Shown: one piece after another, positions 58,529 to 64,000 of the stretch
Position numbering within the stretch: position 1 is the stretch's first letter
How the letters are laid out: every line of letters begins with the position of its first letter
Source of the DNA: Acidobacteriota bacterium
GTDB taxonomy: Bacteria > Acidobacteriota > UBA890 > WLXD01
DNA length: 64,000 nucleotides
Direction of reading: 5' to 3'
NCBI GenBank assembly: GCA_965248845.1
Contig: CBDFKO010000002.1
Coordinates: 2,625,693 to 2,689,692 of the forward strand
Position numbers and translations under genes: made by a program
The notes under the pieces: generated by a model
The model's input: only the letters and a program-made list of their open reading frames with translations
Told to the model about the DNA's origin: nothing
The model's database searches: none

Positions 58529-60118
58529 ATGCACACACCGCCATGTTGCGTACTCGGCCTGGCGCTTATCGCGCTGCCCTTCCTCAACGCCTGCGGCGAG
58601 ACCCCGCCGCCGCCGGCCGACGACGAGACGCGCGGCCTGCCGGTGATCGAGCTCACCGGCGGACCGGCGTTCCCGCTCGACGCCCACCTCGAGGCCGAGA
58701 CGATCGCTGCGGGGGCGATGTCGTTCGATGAGCTGTTCGAGGCCGGAGACCATCTGTTCCACACCCCGTACAACAGCCTCGACGGTGTCGGCGTCGGCCA
58801 CCTGCCGGACGGCACACCGGTGCCTCGGTTCCGGCCCTTTCCGCCCGGGGGCGGAGCCGGTGCCGCGATCTCATCGCAATCGTGTGGCAGCTGCCACCGG
58901 CGCACTGCCTCGGGTCTCGCGCACACCAACGTCGCCGGCGACCCCGGCTCCGACGGCGAGCCGCCCTTCAACGTCCGGTCCACGACCTCGTTGTTCGGTG
59001 ACGGCATGGTCCAGCTGGTCGCCCAGGAGATCACGGAGGACCTGCTGGCAATCCGCGAGGAGGCAGAGCGCGCCGCACGCGAGACTCCAGGGGATCAGGT
59101 CGAGCGGGCGTTGAGCTCGAAGGGCATCGACTACGGGGTAATCCGGGTGGCCGCTGACCAGGACGGGGAGCTCACGATCGACCTGTCCGGGCGTCGCGGG
59201 ATCGATCCGGATCTGGTGGTACGCCCGTTCGGCTGGAAGGGGAATATCCCGACCCTGCGCGTGAACTCCGTCGGCGCAGCCGCCGGGCTGATGGGTATGC
59301 AGGCCGAGGAGATGGTCTGGCGCGCCGGCGGCGAGGATGCGGGCGACGACCCCGATGGCGACGGTGTGACGCGCGAGCTGTCGGTCGGCGACGTGACCGC
59401 CCTGGTGGTCTACGGCGCCGCGCAGGAGATACCACAGCCGTTGGAGCGCCTCGCCGAGCTGGGATATGTCGAGGCGCCGTCGGCCGAGGATGCGGCGGCC
59501 ATCGCGCGCGGCAGCGTGGCCTTCGAGCAGGTCGGTTGCAGCAGCTGCCATCTGCCCGAGTTACACCTGCGCAACACCGTCTTCGAGGAGCCCACGCTGC
59601 GGGGCAACGGCAACTACTACAGCCCGGCGCTGGCCGAGCGCGACACGGGTTACGACCTCGAACGCGCCTTCCGCTTCGATCTGCTCGAGGTCGCCGAGGA
59701 GCCGCGTGCCGAGCCGCACCCCGATGGAGGCGCTCTGCTTCGCCCCTACTCCGACTTCCGCCGCCATCACATGTGCCGGCTGTTGGCCGATCCCGGCGGG
59801 CCACAGCCGGCGATTGTGGCGACGCCCGGACCACTGCGGATCGACGGCGAGGTGGTGCTGATCGCCGCGACGGAGTTCCTGACCCCGGAGCTCTGGGGTG
59901 TCGGCAACACCGGCCCCTGGTTGCACGATGGCCGCGCCACGACGCTGGCGGAAGCCGTACTGGCTCACGGCGAGGAGGAGCCGCTGCCGCCGGGAGATCC
60001 GGGACGTAGCGAGGCACAGGAGTCGAGGGAGTCGTTCACGCAGCTCCCGGAAGCCGAGCGTGAGGCGCTGCTTATCTTCCTCCGCAGCCTCCGAACTTTC
60101 ATCGTTCGTGGCGACTGA
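58529..60118 (+). CDS. Di-haem oxidoreductase / putative peroxidase (DUF1111 family) lipoprotein
   Basis: Two CxxCH motifs (CGSCH, CSSCH), lipobox LNAC, and family-typical ..PELWGVGNTGPWLHDGRATTL... Confidence 0.85.
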   Translation: MHTPPCCVLGLALIALPFLNACGETPPPPADDETRGLPVIELTGGPAFPLDAHLEAETIAAGAMSFDELFEAGDHLFHTPYNSLDGVGVGHLPDGTPVPRFRPFPPGGGAGAAISSQSCGSCHRRTASGLAHTNVAGDPGSDGEPPFNVRSTTSLFGDGMVQLVAQEITEDLLAIREEAERAARETPGDQVERALSSKGIDYGVIRVAADQDGELTIDLSGRRGIDPDLVVRPFGWKGNIPTLRVNSVGAAAGLMGMQAEEMVWRAGGEDAGDDPDGDGVTRELSVGDVTALVVYGAAQEIPQPLERLAELGYVEAPSAEDAAAIARGSVAFEQVGCSSCHLPELHLRNTVFEEPTLRGNGNYYSPALAERDTGYDLERAFRFDLLEVAEEPRAEPHPDGGALLRPYSDFRRHHMCRLLADPGGPQPAIVATPGPLRIDGEVVLIAATEFLTPELWGVGNTGPWLHDGRATTLAEAVLAHGEEEPLPPGDPGRSEAQESRESFTQLPEAEREALLIFLRSLRTFIVRGD

Positions 60119-60151
60119 ATCATCTGCTCGGTCGCTCAGCGCCGGAATGCC

Positions 60152-62696
60152 ATGACGAAGGCCCGCGACGGGACCCGGTTGACGCCGACACATCGACGCG
60201 TACGCGCAGTGCTGGCTCTCGGCTATGTGGGGCTGGTGATCCTGGGGTTCACGGCTTCCATGGCAGCCGGCGCTTTTCTGGACGATGCTGCTGCCGCTGT
60301 TGCCGCTGTCGGTGGTGCTGATGGGCTTCGCCAACTGGCGGCTCGTCTGTCCCCTCGCGTATTTCGGCGAGGTCGGGCGGCAGCTCAACACCGGCGTTCA
60401 GCGCCGCGTTCCCGCGTTCTTTGAGCGCTGGTTCTTTCTGATCACCTTCGGGACCCTGCTCGTCATGCTCACAGGCCGGCTCGTAGTGACCAACGGCGAC
60501 GGGCGTTGGCTGGCGGGTTTGCTGGTCGTGGCGGCGGTTGCTGCCGCCGTTACGAACCAGCTCTTCACGGGTAAGACCTGGTGCAACTTCGTGTGCCCGG
60601 TCGGACTCGTCGAGCGCATCTACACCGAACCGAACTCGCTGCCCAAGACGGGCAGCTCGCAGTGCGACCGATGCACTGCCTGCAAGCGCAATTGCCCGGA
60701 CATCGACCAAGAAAACGCCTACTGGCGCGACCTCACGACACCGGCGCGGCGGATCGCGATCTTCGCCTTTCCCGGGCTCGTGCTCGGCTTCTACAGCTAC
60801 TACTGGCTACGCGGCGGATCGTGGGATGCGTATTTCGACGGCCGCTGGACTCGGATTCCGGCCAGCGCTGAGCTGCTGCTGCGCAGCGGCTTCTTCTTTG
60901 CTCCCGCCGTGCCGGCGGTACTCGCCGCGTCGATGACACTGGTGGGTTTCTCCGTCGCCAGCTACGGTCTCTGGGCAGGGATCGAGCGACTCCTCACCGC
61001 ACGAATCGCCGACCCCAAGCGGCGCCGGCATCTGGCTCTGGCCGGCGCGGCATTCGTCGCCTTCAGCCTCTTCTACTTCTTCGCCGGGGCGCCGGCCCTG
61101 CTGCAGGTCGCCGGCGGTACCCGGTTTGTCGCCTTTGTCGCTCCAGCCCTCGCGGCGGTGATGCTGGTGAAGCGATGGCGACGTACCCGCACCCATTTCA
61201 TCGGCGAGCGTGGCGCCATCCGGCTGCAGCGCAACTGGCAGTTCGACGAGGCACCGCCGGAGGACCCGGCGGAGATCTATGCCTGGATCAAGGCCGGTGA
61301 GCACGCGCGCGAGCAGCACCTGTCGGCGTACGAGCACACCGCTCGCGAGATGATCGCCGACGGGCTCCTTGGCCCCGGGGAGCTGCGGCTGCTCGAGGGC
61401 GTGCGCAAGCAACTGGGGATCACGGCACGCGAACACGAGCAGATTTTCGCCCGTCTGGCTGAGGAAGACGAAGAGCTGTTCGCTACGGCTAGCAGCTGCG
61501 GCCCGGAGTCGAGGGCGCAGCTCGAGGGCTACGAGACTGCACTCAGCGAGGCGCTGCTGCGACACGCCTCCGACAGCGAGATCAACGGGCTGCGCGAGGC
61601 CTTCGGAGTCGAGCCCACGCAGCACGAGCACATCCTGGCGCGACTGCGCAGCGGCTCCGGGTCGCTGCTCACCAAGGCCCGGAGTCACCTGGCACGGGCC
61701 CGGGCGACCCACACCGACCTGGAGCGCCTGGCGATGGGAATGCCGGACCCTACGCCTGCACTGTTGCTACTGTCCGCGCTGCTGCGACGAACTCGGGACG
61801 AGTCCGTGCAACGCGTTTTTGAGTACCTCGAGCTCTCCGGCGACCCGAAGCGGATGCTCGCGCTGCAGCGCGACCTCATGAGTTCGGACCTGGCGACACG
61901 GCGCACGGCCGTCAACGAGCTGGCCGGCGAGCACCCGTCCCGCACGGAGATCGTGGAAGAGCTGAGCAGCATCGTGGTAACGACGGTCGAGATCGGCACC
62001 GAGGCCGATCCTCAGACCCTTTCCGACGTGCTCGAACGCTGCGGGCAGTCCGCGGACCCGTATGTTCGGGCCGCCGCGGCCTGTGCGGTCGTCGACGTGC
62101 CGGGAGAGCGGTCCGCCGCGCGACTCGAGCTCGCGCTCCACGATCCGGAGCCTCTGGTCCGGGAGACGGCCGAGCATGCAAATCGCCTGCAGCACGAGCG
62201 GCCGCCGTCGGTCGACGGCACCGCCGGTTCGTTCTCCGGACTACAAACAATCGAACGTATGCAACTGCTCCGGACGGTGTCGTTATTCGCCGATATCGAC
62301 TCGGAAGATCTGCACGACCTGGCACTGATCACCGAAGAGATCACGGTCCCCGAGGAGTCGCCAATCTTCGCGGAAGGGGACTTCGACGAAGGCGACATGT
62401 TCGTGTTGCTCGAAGGGAACGTATCGGTCCGAGTCGGTCGGCCCGGAAGTACCGCTGTGGCTCGCCAGCTCGAGGTCCTCGGCGCCGGCGAGGTGCTCGG
62501 GGAGCTATCGGCTCTGGATGGCCGGCCCCGCAACTTGACAGCGACGCCCCTCGGTGGTCCCGCGCGCCTGCTGTGCATTGCAGGGGCCGCGCTACGGCGA
62601 CGCCTGATGAACCGGCCAAGGATGTTGCAGCCCCTGCTGCGAACGCTGGCGGATCGCCTCCGCAGGATGACCCGAAGGGCCGCCGCTACTTCATAG
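60152..62696 (+). pseudogene. Membrane 4Fe-4S (NapH-like) domain - helical repeats - HEAT - cyclic-nucleotide-binding protein, with an N-terminal frameshift
   Basis: MTKARDG..VLALGYVGLVILGFTAS is in one frame. ..WQPALFWTMLLPLLPLSVVLMGFANWRLVCP.. follows in the +1 frame, with the shift at about 60250..60265. Motifs are CNFVCPVG, CDRCTACKRNCP, DPYVRAAAA/DPEPLVRETA and GELSALDGRPRNLTATP. Confidence 0.7.
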
Positions 62697-62861
62697 GACG
62701 CCAGAACCCTATCGTGAGGCCACACGGCAGGGTACCTTCAGACGTCCTGTCCTTTCATTGACGACCGGACTACATTTCGGGCTTGGCGTTGTCCTGCTCC
62801 TGGTCGCGATGGGTGACTTCGTCGCCGCGATCATCGTCCGCCGCATGTTCGGAGGCTCCTC

Positions 62862-64000
62862 ATGAGGTCATGCTTCGCCGCGGCCTTGGCGGCCGCTCTG
62901 TGTCTGCCCGCGGGAACCGGAGGTGCGACGCAGGAGCCCGCCGGTCTGCTCATCGTCAACGCTCACATCGTGCAGGTCGGCAGCGGCGAGATCCTGCTTG
63001 ATGCGACCCTGCTGGCGATCGATGGGTCGATCGCCGGGGTGGCCGCCGGGACGGCCGAGGGCGAGCTGCTCGCAGCCCAGGCCCCGGTCGAAACGGTGAT
63101 CCTCGACGCGGGCGGCCGCTACCTGCTACCGGGGCTGATCGACGCGCACGTTCATATCTCCGACTTCGACGCGGCGCGCCGCGCCCTGCGCTCGGGCGTT
63201 ACGACCGCCCGCAGCATGGGGACCAGCCACTTCGCCGACGTGGGGTTGCGGGAGCTGGCAGCGGCGGGCGTGGTCGAGTCGCCGCAGATCGTGGCGGCCG
63301 GGTACCACGTGCGGCCGCACCCTGCGCAGGCCTTCTTCCTCGACTTCCCCGAGTTGGCGGGCATGCTGCAGTCACAAGTCCGCGGCGCCGACGCGCTGCG
63401 CACCATGACCCAGGCGCTGCTGTCGCGCACCGTCGACTTCGTAAAGGTCAACGCCACCGAGCGCGCCGGCCTGCCCGAGACCGACCCGCGCAAGCCGTTC
63501 TACGAGCAGGAGGAGCTTCACGTGCTGGTAGAGACCGCCGGCAGTGCGGGGGTTCCGGTGGCCGCTCACGCCCACGGCGATACCGGTGGCCAGGCCGCCG
63601 TGCTCGCGGGTGTGCGTAGCATCGAGCACGGCACCTACCTGAGCGAGGAGACACTACGGCTGATGGCCGAGCGTGGCACCTACCTGGTGCCCACGATCGC
63701 CGTGGTTGCCGACCTGACCATCCCCGGCGGCGACTATGACAACGCCGTGCTCAACATTCGCGGCCGCCACATGCTGCCGCGCATCCGCCACACCGCCTCG
63801 ATGGCCCACGTTCTCGGTGTCCCGATCGTCGCCGCCACCGACACCGGTTACGGTCCCAACAGCGTCCTGCGTCTGGCCCACGAGCTCATCGAGCTCCAGG
63901 ATGTCGGCTTGTCGCCCCTGGAGGCGCTGCAGGCCGCCACCGTCGTCGCCGCCGAGCTCCTTCAGGTCGACGACACCACGGGCCGAATCGCCGCCGGCCT
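62862..64000 (+). CDS. Amidohydrolase-family metallohydrolase (partial; runs off the window)
   Basis: GGAGG upstream of the ATG at 62862, then a signal peptide. Contains ..LLPGLIDAHVHIS..AAHAHGD... The frame is open to 64000. It is absent from the ORF track because it has no stop. Confidence 0.85.
   Translation, partial: MRSCFAAALAAALCLPAGTGGATQEPAGLLIVNAHIVQVGSGEILLDATLLAIDGSIAGVAAGTAEGELLAAQAPVETVILDAGGRYLLPGLIDAHVHISDFDAARRALRSGVTTARSMGTSHFADVGLRELAAAGVVESPQIVAAGYHVRPHPAQAFFLDFPELAGMLQSQVRGADALRTMTQALLSRTVDFVKVNATERAGLPETDPRKPFYEQEELHVLVETAGSAGVPVAAHAHGDTGGQAAVLAGVRSIEHGTYLSEETLRLMAERGTYLVPTIAVVADLTIPGGDYDNAVLNIRGRHMLPRIRHTASMAHVLGVPIVAATDTGYGPNSVLRLAHELIELQDVGLSPLEALQAATVVAAELLQVDDTTGRIAAG

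Noticed and set aside
1-64000. Search for rRNA, tRNA, CRISPR arrays and prophage or defence-system gene sets.
   Set aside because: None was seen. Intergenic regions are short and lack tRNA-like T-arm motifs. No nuclease, methylase, helicase or other defence-type genes were recognised.

Overview
High-GC bacterial chromosomal segment (G+C not computed) with about 45 protein-coding loci. I found no rRNA, tRNA or CRISPR. Gene content includes Ser/Thr kinases fused to PD40 or TPR domains, a TIGR03436-type VWA protein, an SBBP-repeat protein, secreted peptidases (M2, S9, M20, M56, DUF885), a TRAP transporter and a DUF2723 protein. This resembles Acidobacteriota/Gemmatimonadota-type genomes, but that is inference only. 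I did not find a convincing new multi-gene system. The strongest signal is damage. There are four near-identical 1313-bp IS5-family copies, one diverged 1344-bp relative and a ~200-bp IS3/IS481-type remnant. Three IS copies can be removed in silico to restore one continuous reading frame. The window also holds three in-frame TAG codons, one 7-bp tandem duplication, about ten 1-nt frameshifts and several truncation or fusion junctions. Two of the frameshifts sit in long C runs (C7, C10) and several others at short G/C runs, so assembly error must be excluded. Roughly one third of loci are interrupted. Secondary points of interest are unusual domain fusions (cyclophilin-PD40-metallohydrolase; 4Fe-4S membrane domain-HEAT-cNMP), a BlaI/BlaR1-like pair whose sensor has 21-bp and 48-bp coding repeats, paired TetR operator-like palindromes, and an 88-bp diverged repeat. 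All functional calls come from motif and family recognition by eye; no searches were run.
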